DNA of 64,000 nucleotides from the human T2T-CHM13v2.0 reference genome, Homo sapiens. Under the pieces are notes generated by a model. The model saw only the letters and a program-made list of their open reading frames with translations. It ran no database searches and was not told the DNA's origin. The position numbers and the translations under genes were made by a program. Positions within the stretch are counted from its first letter, which is position 1, and every line of letters begins with the position of its first letter. Below, piece by piece: positions 12,850 to 26,439 of this stretch. Location: NCBI RefSeq assembly GCF_009914755.1, contig NC_060930.1; one strand, given 5' to 3'.

Positions 12850-14310
12850 TGCACCCCATCTCTCTCGAAGCCTGGCCTCAGGCCCTCAGCCTGGCACCCT
12901 GTCTTCCAGCCTCCTCGGCTCCACTGCAGGGCTGCCTCATCCTCAGCACAGCCCCTGTCAGCTCAGCCTCTGCACCCATGCTTTGGCCACCTCCTCCTGT
13001 CCTCTCCACTCACCCTCTGGGAAAGGGGTTCATACAATCTGCTGGCCCTGCTGCCAGCTCTAACCCATTGATCCTATCACTGTTTTGGGGTCAGTCTCCC
13101 ATCCTCCAGCTGTCCAAACTCTCCACCTTACATATTTGAATTCCATGACAAATCATTTTTAACACTGCCTTGCCTGCAATCTCACCATTTTTGGATTTCT
13201 GTTTATTGAACTTGCTTGGTTAAATCTTATTCTCTTCCATCTCTGTGTGCAATTACACAACTGGTCATCACTGGTAAAAATCTCAAAACCACCCACAGAG
13301 ACAGTCCAGCAGGCCGCATCATGCCACCAGCCAGCCTCATGCGCCTCCCTCATGGTCTCCTACCCATCTCCTGGCTGACACTGGTGCCTTCTCCCTCTCC
13401 TCAACCTGCACCAGCTCGGGCCTCACCCTCCCGCTGAGCACCAGCCTTGCTCTCTCCTGGTCCCTGGCAAGGTGGGGGTGATCTGAAGGAAGTCTCGGTC
13501 TCCTCCCCCTGCCCTGTCCACGGGTGCCCCGGCCCCTGTATCCAGGGCCCTGCCCTCCACACTGGGGACCACGATGCACATCCCCGCCCCGCAGAGCCAG
13601 TCCGTGGCCTGGCCTGCCCGCCCCGTGTGCAGCTTTCTGCCAGCACAGCTCTGCTCACCCTCAACTTCACTGTTTTTCTCCTGGATTCTCCCCATCAGCA
13701 AACACACATGCTGTTATTTGTCCCATTTTAAAACACAGTCAAAACAAAACAGAGTACTTTGGACTGCACTTTCTGCCAGCCACCACCCTCGAGCTCCTGG
13801 CCTGTGCAGCTGACCCCACGGCCAGGTCCTCCTTCACGTTCTCGCCACCCCAAATGCGGGCACCGCGGCGCCAAACCTGCTCTTCCCACTGTTGTCAATA
13901 ACCGCAGCCTGGCCGAATCCAGTGATTCATTTCTGTCTTAATCTCTCCTGGCCTTTCGGCAGCGTTTAACGTGTGCGACCCCTCCCTTCTCCTGTCTTCA
14001 GCCTTCCTCGGGATCCGCGAGGCGCCCTCTCTCCCATCTCCCTCTCAGGAGTGTGTCTCCAGCCCCGCACCTGCCCTCTCTATTCTCAGTGCATCCCCGC
14101 CGCAGGCATCACCCTCTGACTTGTCATGCCATCCGCCCCCTCCCTCACTGTATCTACGCTTTATTACCTGCCTTGGCTCGTACAATGTCAGCTTTGCAAG
14201 GGGTTCTTCCAAGGTCTTATTTTCAATTGATCAATGCCGAGGATGGGGAGCAATGCGTGTACCAGAGGGGGCTGGGCACACGCAGGCTTGTTGTTGGATG
14301 GAGGAGAGGC
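12850..14310 (+). mobile_element. L2 LINE fragments (ORF2/RT region and 3' end), GC-shifted
   Basis: ttggttaaatcttattctc... and tctctcctggcctttcggcagcgtttaacgtgtgcgacccctcccttctcc resemble the L2 RT 'LDLSAAFDTVDH' segment. Confidence 0.6.
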
Positions 14311-14637
14311 AGCATCCCCTGCATGCCTGGGTGGTCCCCATCTCCAGGCCTGCGACAAGCACTTCTCATCTTCCCATCCTCTGACGGAGCCAGTCCCACC
14401 CACCACGTGGACGTGGGTGTTGTCTGTGGACCAAGGTCAGTGTTTTGTTGGTTTTTCTTATTGTTTGGCACCAGCATTACATAGACCAATAGACCTTGTT
14501 GTTCTCCGCCCGGAGGGGCTGGTGCTGTGGCTGGGGCACCGCCCTGGGTAGGCCCCGCCCCAGGCCATGCAGTTCCCAGGCTCCTTTCTGGGAGGGGTTG
14601 GTTCTCACAAAGGGGGAAAATCATGAAATGGCAAACC

Positions 14638-14789
14638 TGAGTCACGGCAGCACAGAGGACAGCCCCTGAAGGCATAAGCAGGAAGGGCATAATGCTTTCC
14701 AAAAGAGAAAACTACATGGACTTTACTGACTCATCACTGAGTTCTGAGATCACTGACACTTACACATGTGTCCACGCTGTTGTGAGTCA
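14638..14789. promoter_or_regulatory. Cluster of three perfect AP-1 heptamers
   Basis: TGAGTCA 14638-14644, TGACTCA 14727-14733, TGAGTCA 14783-14789. Function is inferred. Confidence 0.5.
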
Positions 14790-14954
14790 TGGGGAAAAAT
14801 GGAGGAGCAAAATGACCAAGTGGCAGGGTCTGTAAGAGTCTCTCACTGTAGGGATGGGCTGCCCTGAGGAGACACTGCCCAGGCCTGGGTGCCCCGGGCC
14901 AAAGTCCTGACCCTTGCAGGGCTGTGTCCTGTGGATGACATGTGGCACTGGACT

Positions 14955-15320
14955 GCTCACTGACAGGTAGGAACTATGCACTGAGAGGTGGGAACTGCTG
15001 GCCGGGGGGTGGGAACTGCTGGCCGAGGGGTGGGAACCGCCTGCTGAGGGGTGGGAACTACTGGCTGGGGAGTGGGAACTGGGCACTGAGAGGTGGGAAC
15101 TGCTGACCAGGAGGTGGGAACTGCTGGCCCGGGGGTGGGAACTATGCACTGAGAGGTGGGAACTGCTGACCAGGGGGTGGGAACTGCCTGCTGAGGGGTG
15201 GGAACTGTGCACTGAGAGGTGGGAACTGTGCACTGAGAGGTAGGAATTGCTGGCCAGGGGGTTGGAACTGCCTGCTGAGGGGTGGGAACTGCCCACTGAG
15301 AGGCAGGAACTGGGCTGAGT
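14955..15320. repeat. Minisatellite, 21 bp unit, ~17 copies, GTGGGAA core
   Basis: Unit like gagaggtgggaactgtgcact with a 21 bp period; 13 units carry an exact GTGGGAA. Confidence 0.95.
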
Positions 15321-15480
15321 GCTCAGTTTTCCTGTTCTGCTGATATCTTCAGAGGCATCAGGATGTGGCTGCCTTTGGGGAAGCTGCATTTACCCAGCCA
15401 AGGATGCTGCCTCCAGAAACAGAAGTGGCCTCAGGCCAGAAATAGGGGTCTGCCTTTTTAATATATTGTGTTGGTTAAAT

Positions 15481-16340
<860 letters not shown>

Positions 16341-18479
16341 GTTTAAATCATAAGGGAAATCTCAGTTTAAATCTTTATTTTAAAAAAATAACAAAAATGA
16401 ATTTTCTGCTTATGATGGCCTTATATTAACAGAAATGAGTAGTGCTCACATTTTGGAAGTAAGCATTCTAAGTTATGATGATGATGATGATTTACTTTTC
16501 TATGTTATATATACATGGGCGGTATGAGTTCAACAGTCACTTGCGTATTATCAGCACATGTTAACTTAGGAGGATTCTAGAACTTTTTTCTTTCACAGAA
16601 TTAGAAGTACCTTTTCCAATATTCATGCCATGAAGAGTTTGTTGGTGAGTTCTGATCCACCCCTCTCAAATCTGCCTATATATGGGGCCGTCCATGGTGA
16701 TGGGGTGGACAGCTGGGCTCTGCAACCTGCCAGCGTTTTCCTGCTGTGCCCTGAGGCAGTGCTCAGGCTAGCCAAAGATCTGTGGGTGCTGAATGCAGCT
16801 GTCCTCATCGTGAGCTCCCTTTTTGTCACCAAAGCTGCTTCTCTTGGTTGATTCTGTTAGGTGTGGGGTGTATCCACAATTTCTTAGGTTAATACTTAAA
16901 AGATAGAGACGTACTCAATCCAGGTCCAGTGGAATGCCTTTGGTAGTGGGATTGTACCCAAAGTTCACAGAAGATAAATTTTATATAAAATGAGCCAGGT
17001 TTGCTTTGTACATTTCCAACTGTAGAATGAAATTTAGGGGACTGAATAGTCAGTGTCTTATTTCACTTGTGTCTTTGGATACAAATGTTTTTCTTTTAAA
17101 ACTCCTGACTGCATATTCCTTGTGTGTGTGTGGCTTTTAGTCCTAGATTGTAAAGCTTGCCAAGTCTGCCTGCTGGGAACTGACTCCTCTATGCAGAAGC
17201 TCCCCTTCCTCTGACACAGTGCAGGTGGGTCAAAGCCTCCTCCTGCACTTTATCCTTGAATTACACAGGAACTTGCATTGAGGCCATTGAAAGGGTGATG
17301 GCTTAGAGTGCATGAGAGCCTGGCCACCATGTGCTAGTGACCGACCGCACCCGCTGTGGCCCTCAAAGGGAGTCATCATCACCTGCCTTGCCAGGCACTG
17401 TCTGGTGAAGCCCCTGACATCTCTCCCAAGCCTGTGGGCAGTGGGGATGCTCTCTATGGCACGGAAAGCCTTTCACAGTCAGCGTGAGATAGTAATCAGT
17501 GTAAAACTGAAATGCGTCTTCTCCTTATCCACTGAGGCGTCAGCTCCCCCGCTGGCAGCAGGTGTGCTGTTTTCAGTGGCTCTGGCACCCATGGCTGTGG
17601 GTTGTGCTCTAGCAGTGTCTTCATCACAGAGGCACTTCCCTGTGTGCTGCGGCTTTGCCACCAGGACATCTTCTGCACACACTGTCCTGGGTAGGCCTTA
17701 GAGCTATGTCTGGACCAGAGAGCTTGAAACTGTGCCTACAAACCTGCTTCTGTCTCCCTGTGAATTTGAATAGGGGAGGTTTGGAGATCATGAAGATGAG
17801 CCCTTAGCGACATAGAGACGACGATTCCCTTTTCCTACTAGCAGTGACCCTCTTAGCCAGCAACCTGAGTAGCAGGTTTATCTAGGCGTCTTGTCTCCTG
17901 GTCTGTTTCTAGAGCTTTCTGCTTTGCCTGGCTTTAGAGAACTTGCTTTCTGTCCATGCCCTGTAAGGGATGGAGTGACTGATTTGCAGTTTCCAGGGGG
18001 ACAGTGACTTTGAGAAGATCCCTGCATTGCACACACCACAGGATTTTACCGTACAGCAGAAACACTTCTGCCTCTGTTCATGAGGTGGGCTGGTAGAGGG
18101 CGGGCGCGTCCCCTAGGAAAGCTGAAAAAAGGGGAAAGTAAGAGAGTTCTTGGTGGAAGTATTTTTGTTTGTAACTTTGCCTCCTATAAGATATTAGAGA
18201 AGAAAATCGTCCGAGAATGGGGAAGTAGGGGAAGAGAACGGATAATCAATCCCTGGATTGGAGCTCTAGTCTAGTTGATTGGTCAGGAAGACTGCAGAGG
18301 TTTCCAGGTTGGATTGTCAATTTCAGTTCATCACAACAAGGCCCAGGAATCAGAAACAGGGCTGCAATCAGCAGAAACAGCCCTGCTCTGGACATCTCAG
18401 GGGCCTGAACATGAGGGCTGGGTCCAGGAAGGACAGGGCAAATGACGGCAGGACAGCAGCCCAGCCCAGCCAGGGCTCA

Positions 18480-20030
18480 CAGAAGCGCTCCCAGGCAGGG
18501 CAGCAGAGGGCCCAGCAATGCTTCTTGAGAGCACGCCGCGGACATGACTTCATGTGGATGTGCTTTCCCTTCTAGAAAGACACACGCCTGGGGCACCATC
18601 ATCACTCGGCATCCCTTGATGATGGAACTGCCCTGAGACAGTTCCAAGGAGTGGCGGCCCAAGGCCTCACACTGGACGGAGGCTGAGCTCCACTGCGGCC
18701 CCGGCAGGCGGGCTTCCTAAGAGCAGCGTGGAATCCCGGGGCTCTGCGCACCGTGCCCGGCCCCGGGCTCCCTGACGCGAGGCAATGCCTGGGCACAGCG
18801 TACGGCCACCGGCACCTTCACTCCTCACCTGTGCACGCGAGTGTGGGGGATGAAGCGACATCGGTGTGTGGCGTCTCAGTGCAGCGCCGGCACACACAGC
18901 CCTAAGCAGATGCGGAGCAGAGATGACGGTGGAGTCACCCCGCGGGTGCAACCCCATCTTAGCAGGAGGGCCGGGTTTTGGGCAGCTCGGGCCTTCAGAA
19001 AAAGGATCATGTCGATTAGCCACGCTGCACGTCCCGGGAGTTAAATCTAGGAATAGTTCTGACACCTGACTTAGGAGTGTGTTTCACTGCATGTATTAAG
19101 GCAGATCCGCAGACCCATGTAGATGAATCACCTTCACTTTCAGCTACTAGGAGGGGCCCCATGAGGTAGCTGATGAGGAAGAGCCCCCTAGACGAGGCCC
19201 AGCGTGGGGCCACGGCCTTGGGATCCGGGCGCCACCCCAGCGGTTCTGTGCCGCCAGCAGGCCCTGCCGCATCTCCGGGCTGGAGGCTTGACTGTCAGCA
19301 GATGAGGCCACGGGGTCGGGGTGTCTCTCCCACCAGAACGGCTTCGTGGGGTGCTCACTATCCCCTGGTCACGCTTCGGCACGGCTGGCACGGGCTCCCT
19401 GAGGGGCTGTTGGAGAACCCCCCAGGCCCCCTGGGTCTTGCCACGGAGACCACCCAGCCTCAGGCTGGTTCTCAGGTGGCCCCTTCTCTACGCTTAGGAC
19501 GTGGCTTTTCCCAAGCTCTTTCCCAGCTGCCTGTCACTTTTCTTCCCAGCTTTCCCTTCCGAAGGGAGCTCGGCTTCATTCCATGGCTTTCCAGTCACGT
19601 CATAAGCATTTCCTCGTCTGACCCACGAACTGATAAAACGCTCTGGACGGGGCGGCCTGCATGCTCCAGGGACTGCATCATCTCCGTGGGCGGCAGGGCG
19701 CCTGCAGGCACCCAGCCTTGCGCGGGGCAGGCGGTCTTCTGAGGGTGCAACCCTGTCCCCCCAGGGCCCTAAACACAGCGTCAAAACTGAGCTACCTCCA
19801 CAAAAAATTTGAACAAACTAGAAATCATAAGGTGGTGAATAATGATATGTTACCATACGCAAGTAGAAAATTGAAAGTTTCAGCAAAAACTAAGTCCAAA
19901 GCAACAGCTGCGCCAGGACGGAGAGCCCACAGTGAAATTGCTGCGTGCGCCCAGGGCGGCGGCGGCGCCAGGCAGGCGCGGATCCCGCTGCGAGGGACTT
20001 GCCTGCTGACCTGGGGCCGCAGGGAGCTCT
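18480..20030. promoter_or_regulatory. CpG island-like region
   Basis: High GC with many retained CpGs (gcgcaccgtgcccggccccggg; gggcggcggcggcgccaggcaggcgcg). Observed/expected CpG not computed. Confidence 0.7.
18961..19405 (+). repeat. Local direct duplication, copy 2 (CpG-retaining)
   Basis: Aligns with 10630-11075. Confidence 0.95.
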
Positions 20031-20086
20031 GCTTTATCAGGAGAATATTTGAAAAGCGATCTATTAAAAGGAATGCTTAAGTGAAT

Positions 20087-21204
20087 TATAAAAGTCTGAG
20101 AAAGGAAATGGGAGAACCAAGTTATCTAAATTTTCTCAAAACTAATTATTAGCTGGGCGAAAATGTAGATATTCGGGGCACTGAGGGTGGTGAGTGCGAT
20201 TTTGCTTGCACCATTGGCAAAGTATACCTTGAATTCATCAAAATTTTGTCATCATCTAGTCTTAAATAGTTAAAGGGTAAGCAAACGACGCTAAACAAAA
20301 TAAGGAGACAGAGAAAAGTGCGGACAGTTCTCACAGGAGTTTCCACTGGGGCTGCATTCCCAGGGCGCTGGCCGGGAAAGCTCAGTCCACTGAGCACAAT
20401 ATGCTTTCTCCATAGCGTGAGGGCTGCCACCATCTACCGAGTGGATCATTAGGCCTGTCTCCCAGAGACAGCAAAAATGTGCAGAACTACGTACACATCC
20501 GTGGGCCGGAAAGCACTTTCCCTATAGATTCTGGTGCCCTGCGGCTCTCGGATGGGGAGATGCGCGCACTCCAGACCCCCACAGGCCCCCAGAGCACGGT
20601 GGAGGGTGGGGGCAGAGTCATAAGAGACGTTTTACCAAACATCACTGAATGCAGCTTTTTCTCTCCCTTGAGAAAAATGAAACACCCAGTAATTTAATTT
20701 TAAATTTAAAAGCTGCCTCTTTAAACTTTGTTGAAAAATACAGAATATGCCACCATTCTGCAGTTTCATGTCATGAATGGATAAAGTACGAGGAAAGGGA
20801 GGGGAGGAATTTGTAAAAGTTTAATGGAAAAGGCAAGAAGAAAGCTGGCCAAGAAAGAGAGAGGGAGAACCAAGAGAGACGGGATGTGGGGAGGAGAGAA
20901 AAGCGTGCAGATGAGGAGAGAGCGGGGGAGGAAGGGGACACAGACAGCCCGGAGCGTCCCTTTCCGAGGAGCGCTGTGGACAGGCCTGAGCAGCCTGGAC
21001 GGGAGTGACTTGATGATGTGATGGGCGGATTTCCTGGCAAACTTTCCACCTCTTTCAGGTCACACCCATCTTCAGTCTCTGCTCACCATGACAGAGTCAC
21101 AGCCACACCCGGGACAGAACCTGGGCTCCGGGCAGCAGGTAATAGGAGGATATTCTACCCAGGGCCGGAACAAGCCAGGTCCAGCCTCAACTGCTCTGTG
21201 GCTA
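20087..21204 (+). other. Candidate spliced transcript (lncRNA or small-ORF gene): TATA box plus three putative exons
   Basis: TATAAAAG 20087-20094; donor GTG|GTGAGT at 20190; acceptor tttccctatag| with exon 20528-20605 and donor |GTGGGG; acceptor ctttccacctctttcag| with exon 21059-21204 and donor |GTAAGT. Motif evidence only. Confidence 0.4.
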
Positions 21205-22775
21205 GTAAGTGCGAGGATGCTGTGTCACAGGTGTCACACGTCACTAAGAGAACGTCGTGGGCGCACGGGGAATGTCTTTATGGCACTGTCTGGAAGCAGG
21301 CTGCATCTCAGCAGCTCCAGAGGTTACAGGGGCTGGTTTTCACCAACACAAGAAGTGTTAGAGACAGGAGACGTGGAGGAACCTGTCGAACCTGGTGGGG
21401 ATCGAGTTTAAACACATCTGCACACACTTGGGTGTGTGTGTCCCAGCGCATCTCAGCCCTGAGTGCCCACACCTGGCTTCCCTGCCCCCCCACCCCTCCT
21501 ACCCCACAGTCCACACTGCCCCACACCTACTCGTGTCCAGAAAGCTCTCGCTGAGCCTCCTCCCACATCAGCCACTCTTGGAGGACTGAGAAAACAGTGG
21601 TGGGGGGCCAGTTCCCAAATCCAGGCGCTCCTGGCACATCCAAATCCGGGACGACTGACCAAGGGCTCGCACTCAGCCTGAGGAAGCAAGTGGTCCTTTG
21701 ACTCGGAGTAAGAACTGCTCAGAGGCCAACGTGCTCTGGCTCGGGTCCCCCTGGCACCTCCAGGCAGGTCTTTCTAATTTGGTTCCTGAACACGCTCCAG
21801 CTCCCATCCTGAGGCCTGCCCTTGCCCTTCCCTCCCCCATTGCTCTTCCCACCCTCCTCCCTTGCCATTCCCTGTCCTCATTGCTCTTCCCACCTTCCTC
21901 CTTCCGCTCCCTCTCAAGGCCCTGCCCTGTCTGGTTCACCATCCTCCTCTCGTCCTCTCCTGGCTCCTCCCCAGAGCTTGGTGTTCATTCGGACGCCTTC
22001 TCCCTGCAGCCTCCACCAGGGCCCTGGCTGCCCTCGCCCTCCAGCAAGTCACTGTATTTTACGTTCTTCATGGAGTTTTTTACTTTTGAGATTTATCAAC
22101 TTTACATGCATGTTTGCTGCACCCCCTCACTAGATTTCATCTACATGGGAACAGAGACCCCTCTGCTTTGCTCCCTGCTGTAAACATCCCGGCTCGGGAA
22201 AGTCTCTATCTACAGACACTGCTGGGTGCTGAGTTTCCAGAGCAGTCAATGCGATGTGCGACTCCGTGGTGAGAACTGAAGATGCATGAGGATGAGGGGC
22301 GCTCGATCCCTGTCCTCTGTGATCTGGTACAACAGAATCAACCCCTGCATGGTGGGCCCCAGTGAGCAGCCTGCGGGATGCACGGAGCCACCCAGAAACA
22401 CGTGAACTCGGTGGCAGCAGCAGAGACAGAAACATCTCACAGTACACCAGGAATGAAAGTGTAAAATACTTAGCATTTGACAAGGTTTCCAGTTATATGT
22501 TCTTCTTTGAGCATCAAATGAGGGTCCCATACCTATTTCTGTGCTCATGTTACAGACAGAATGGAAACACAGAGAGTTACAGAGATGTGATCCAGGTGGG
22601 GGCTGGGAAGGGGCTTCCTGCAGAGGTTTATACCCAGGCTCGTGGAGAAAATGCCCTACGAGGGACCAAGCCAAGGACTCAAGCAAACGCAGGGAATGAG
22701 ACAGCGTTTCCAGGCCAGAATGCGGGAGCCCTTCAGCAGAATCAGGGGTTAGGAAGCTCGGTGACTTCAGGCAGG

Positions 22776-22886
22776 AAGGCGATGGAACGGGAACAGGGTC
22801 TTTCTGTTTCACGTAGGCGATGGAACGGGAATGGGGGTCTTTACTTTTCACGCAGGTGATGGAACAGGAACGGGGTCCTTCCATGT
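22776..22886. repeat. Short tandem repeat, ~39 bp unit, ~3 copies
   Basis: aggcgatggaacgggaacagggtctttctgtttcacg repeated with divergence. Confidence 0.85.
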
Positions 22887-23200
22887 GGGAAATGCTGAGC
22901 CTGCGCTGCCAACAGCCTCCGGGTGAGACATCTTGTGGACAGCTGGGACAGGCGGCAGAGTAAGAGGCAGTGGTTTAGAAGTCAAATGCCCTTGGACAAT
23001 TGTGGAAGCTTTTGATTTTATTATTTTATTATTAACTGAAAAAAATAGAAAATAGAAAATAGAAAAAAATAGAATTGGAGAGGAGGAATAAGTAGATGTT
23101 TAGCAACAGAGCGTGCAATGCAGCAGCACACTGAGAAAAGTAGCCCAGAAAGGACGGGGAGCTTCAGGAGGCGACAACTCACAAATATGACGGCCACTCA

Positions 23201-23599
<399 letters not shown>

Positions 23600-23611
23600 T
23601 CATGTTCTTGG

Positions 23612-23775
23612 ACAATGCTTTCCAAATGTTAGTTTGCCTACAGGTCACGCAAACATCCTGCATGTGAAGGCAGACTCCGGAGGTCTGGGAAGCACTGGGT
23701 TTTGGGTTTTTTTGTATAAAAGCTTCCAGATGGCACTGATGCTGCCTGTCAGGGGACTACACCTTGACAAGCCTG
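23612..23775. mobile_element. MER5-like DNA transposon remnant
   Basis: aaagcttccagatggcactgatgctgcctgtcaggggactacaccttga resembles the MER5 terminus. Confidence 0.5.
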
Positions 23776-24619
23776 TAGAGACTGTGTTAGAAGGGCAGGG
23801 TGAACACCAGATCCCGTAGCGAGGTAAGGGGTAAGCAGGTGTGAGGAGGCAGGGCAGACACATGGCCGCCTTCTAGGAGTCTGAGAGTGGAGATTAGGAT
23901 AATAGAAGCTTAATGGCATTTTAAGGTTAAAGATCTTATTTTTTGCTTTGTATTGATTTTGGACGGATGAGTCCTGGAAAAATTAATTGCCAAGGGTCAC
24001 TTGGAAGAGAGTGGGTGCCGTGACATCAGTGGGGTCACCCAATGTCAGACTGGCGAGCATTTTGAGTTGCCCGTAACTGTTGTGCCTCAAGCTCCTGGTG
24101 TTCCCGGAGGCTGTGCCCTGGAGGCCCGTTGCAGAGAACACGGAGGCACATTCTCCTGCTGTGAAGTCAGCCCAGGCAAGGCAGGCGTGGCAGCCTGTAC
24201 CATTGGTGTGGCCACGGGGCCGAGAGGGCAGGAAACAGAGAGAGGGAGGTTGGTTTCATGTTGCAAAATGCCGGATGAGTGGGCAAACCCCCCGCAATTC
24301 TGTCTGGCCAAATTATACTTTTAGGTTCAGGCCTATACTTTATATTTTAAAAGCTCAAATTATTTTATAAACTCCTGAAAATACATCATCTTGCCATTTG
24401 CTTTCAATACTGCACTGCGACCTTTTATAATCTTTCAAAAACATGTTCTCCCTTTGGATAAATGAGAAAATAAATAGTATTCAGTGAAGACCAACTACTG
24501 AATTATTTTAAAATATCTTGTTTATAAAAGGTTTTTACCAGTGAGAGGATTTAAGAGTTGCTTGGCTCTTGAAGCCAGCAGAGACTTCTGTGTGCATTGC
24601 TTCATTTGTGGGGGAGGAC

Positions 24620-24745
24620 TCTAGCCCCACATGGCAGATGAAAAACTGTGCCTCGGAGGAGTTAAGCGAATTGCTGAGGATGGTACCACAGAGAGCGACT
24701 GAGGCGACAGCCAGCATCCAGCCTCCAGAGTTCCACTGTGCTTCC
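24620..24745 (-). mobile_element. MIR SINE
   Basis: cagatgaaaaactgtgcctcggaggagttaagcgaattgc is the MIR core. Confidence 0.65.
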
Positions 24746-25999
24746 CCAAAGACAGGCGGGCTCTCCTCAAGCACATTTTTACTTTAGGAGCTGCTGAAAC
24801 TGGGGTGTGGACCACGGGATCTCCCGTGACCAGCCTCAAGCCCGAGCCTGCGATTCTCTCATCCGCACTTCACCAGCTGAGGTGAAGGGTGGGCCTCCAT
24901 TTTGGTTGAATTACATTCTCTCTCACAGAACCATCTGGAAACCCCATCACCTTAATAATTCAGTGTTGTTTGATGCTGTGAAAGGTGAAAAAGACTTCAA
25001 TTCTTACTACCAAATTGTGCTGGGGAGTGACACAGATAGTCAGTCTCTCAGCAGCACGCACACCCTGTTAGAAGGGGGTATGGTTTTTACTTTCCGCTTA
25101 TTCCCGGCAAATCCTGTGGCTTCCACTAAGCAAGGATGTCCTCTGAGCACCCTGACCCTCCCGATTCCCGTGCACCGCCCCAGCCTCCGCTGTCGCCTGC
25201 CCTCCACCTGGCGCCTCCGTTATTTACTTGTTCCCCAGGTTCAGTCTCGGGCGGCCTCGGCTTTCTCCACGTCTTCTCCCTGCACAGTGGCAACGCTTCC
25301 AGAACCCCAGCTGCTCTAACACCAGGCCCAGCTCCTCCAACCCAAGCGTCTCTACCCAACTGTGGGATCTGTCCGCACCTCCAGATGGGGAGGCCCACGT
25401 CTCCGTGTCACCTGAGGGCGGGTGTGTTTAGAAGCATGCTTTTGCATCTCCACCACTGGAGACACAGGGACGTGGGGTGTGTACGTTTTGTGAAAACTCA
25501 AACATGGGCCTCACCTTTTGGTTTTATGGATGTGAACCACGTCCCTGCAGTCATCAGAGTGGAATGCTGGTAGCGGCTGGCCCTAGGCTGAGTGTTTGAC
25601 CGGGAATACCCACACACTTCTCTCAACTAACCCGTGAGGTTGGCATGTTCAGTACCTGGGGAGAAAGTGGGGTAACAATGACAGGACTAAAGCCCACAGC
25701 CTGGGGCCTGGCACCTGGCAAGTGCCCTCTGGGTGTTGGTGGAGTTCTTACTTGGATGACTTTAATCATTACAGAGGCTCCCTAAGGCCACACAGCTGGT
25801 AGGGGCTCTGGCCCCGTCTCATCTCACTCCAGAGCCCCAGGTGAGTGCAAGGCAGAACCTCTATGTTTCTGTCTCAGATTCTTCTCATTGCTTTGTTTTT
25901 CTCAAAACATTTCATTTTATCAATGATGAATACTAAAATTAGATTATTTTCTTTTTGTTGAAACTATATGTATTGATTTTTTGTCTTTGGAGTCGTCAT

Positions 26000-26200
26000 A
26001 AAACACCTGTGGTCAAATCCAGGCCCTTCCAGTTACCAGCAATGTGACCCTCTGCACGCTAATCACCTCCCTGATGACTCAGTTTCCCCATCTGTAAAGG
26101 AGAAGCAATGGAAGTACTGGGCAGTTTAAATAACATAAATGTTGCAGAACACTTGGTACATGGCCAGACATGCAGTAGGTATTCCATAAAGGAAGCTATT
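26000..26200 (+). mobile_element. MIR SINE
   Basis: caaatccaggccc...tgtgaccct...ctcagtttccccatctgtaaa...cagtaggtattccataaaggaagctatt. Confidence 0.75.
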
Positions 26201-26439
26201 TGTATTTTTTGTTTCAAATTCTATTCCATGGTGAACGTTTGTTTACTGTCTCAGATGTGATGTGAGATTCCATTTTGAATAGCTTTCAGGAATGTGACAC
26301 GAAATTATCTTCCTTCTTCCATCAGCTAAAAACTACTGTATAAATGTTTCAAGCTCTGCTCCCCCTACTCTTACCAATGATAAACATGCCCCTAGGTTTC
26401 CCCTACAGCCACCCCAGCCCCTCGCTCTACATCTCCCTC

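Noticed and set aside
14787-15389. 200-aa Ser/His-rich ORF on the minus strand
   Set aside because: It is the translation of the 21-bp minisatellite (7 codons per unit).
20479-20697. eIF1-like motif NYVHIR in a 72-aa ORF
   Set aside because: Only about six residues resemble eIF1; the following IQQRNGRK is absent and the start is GTG. Chance match.
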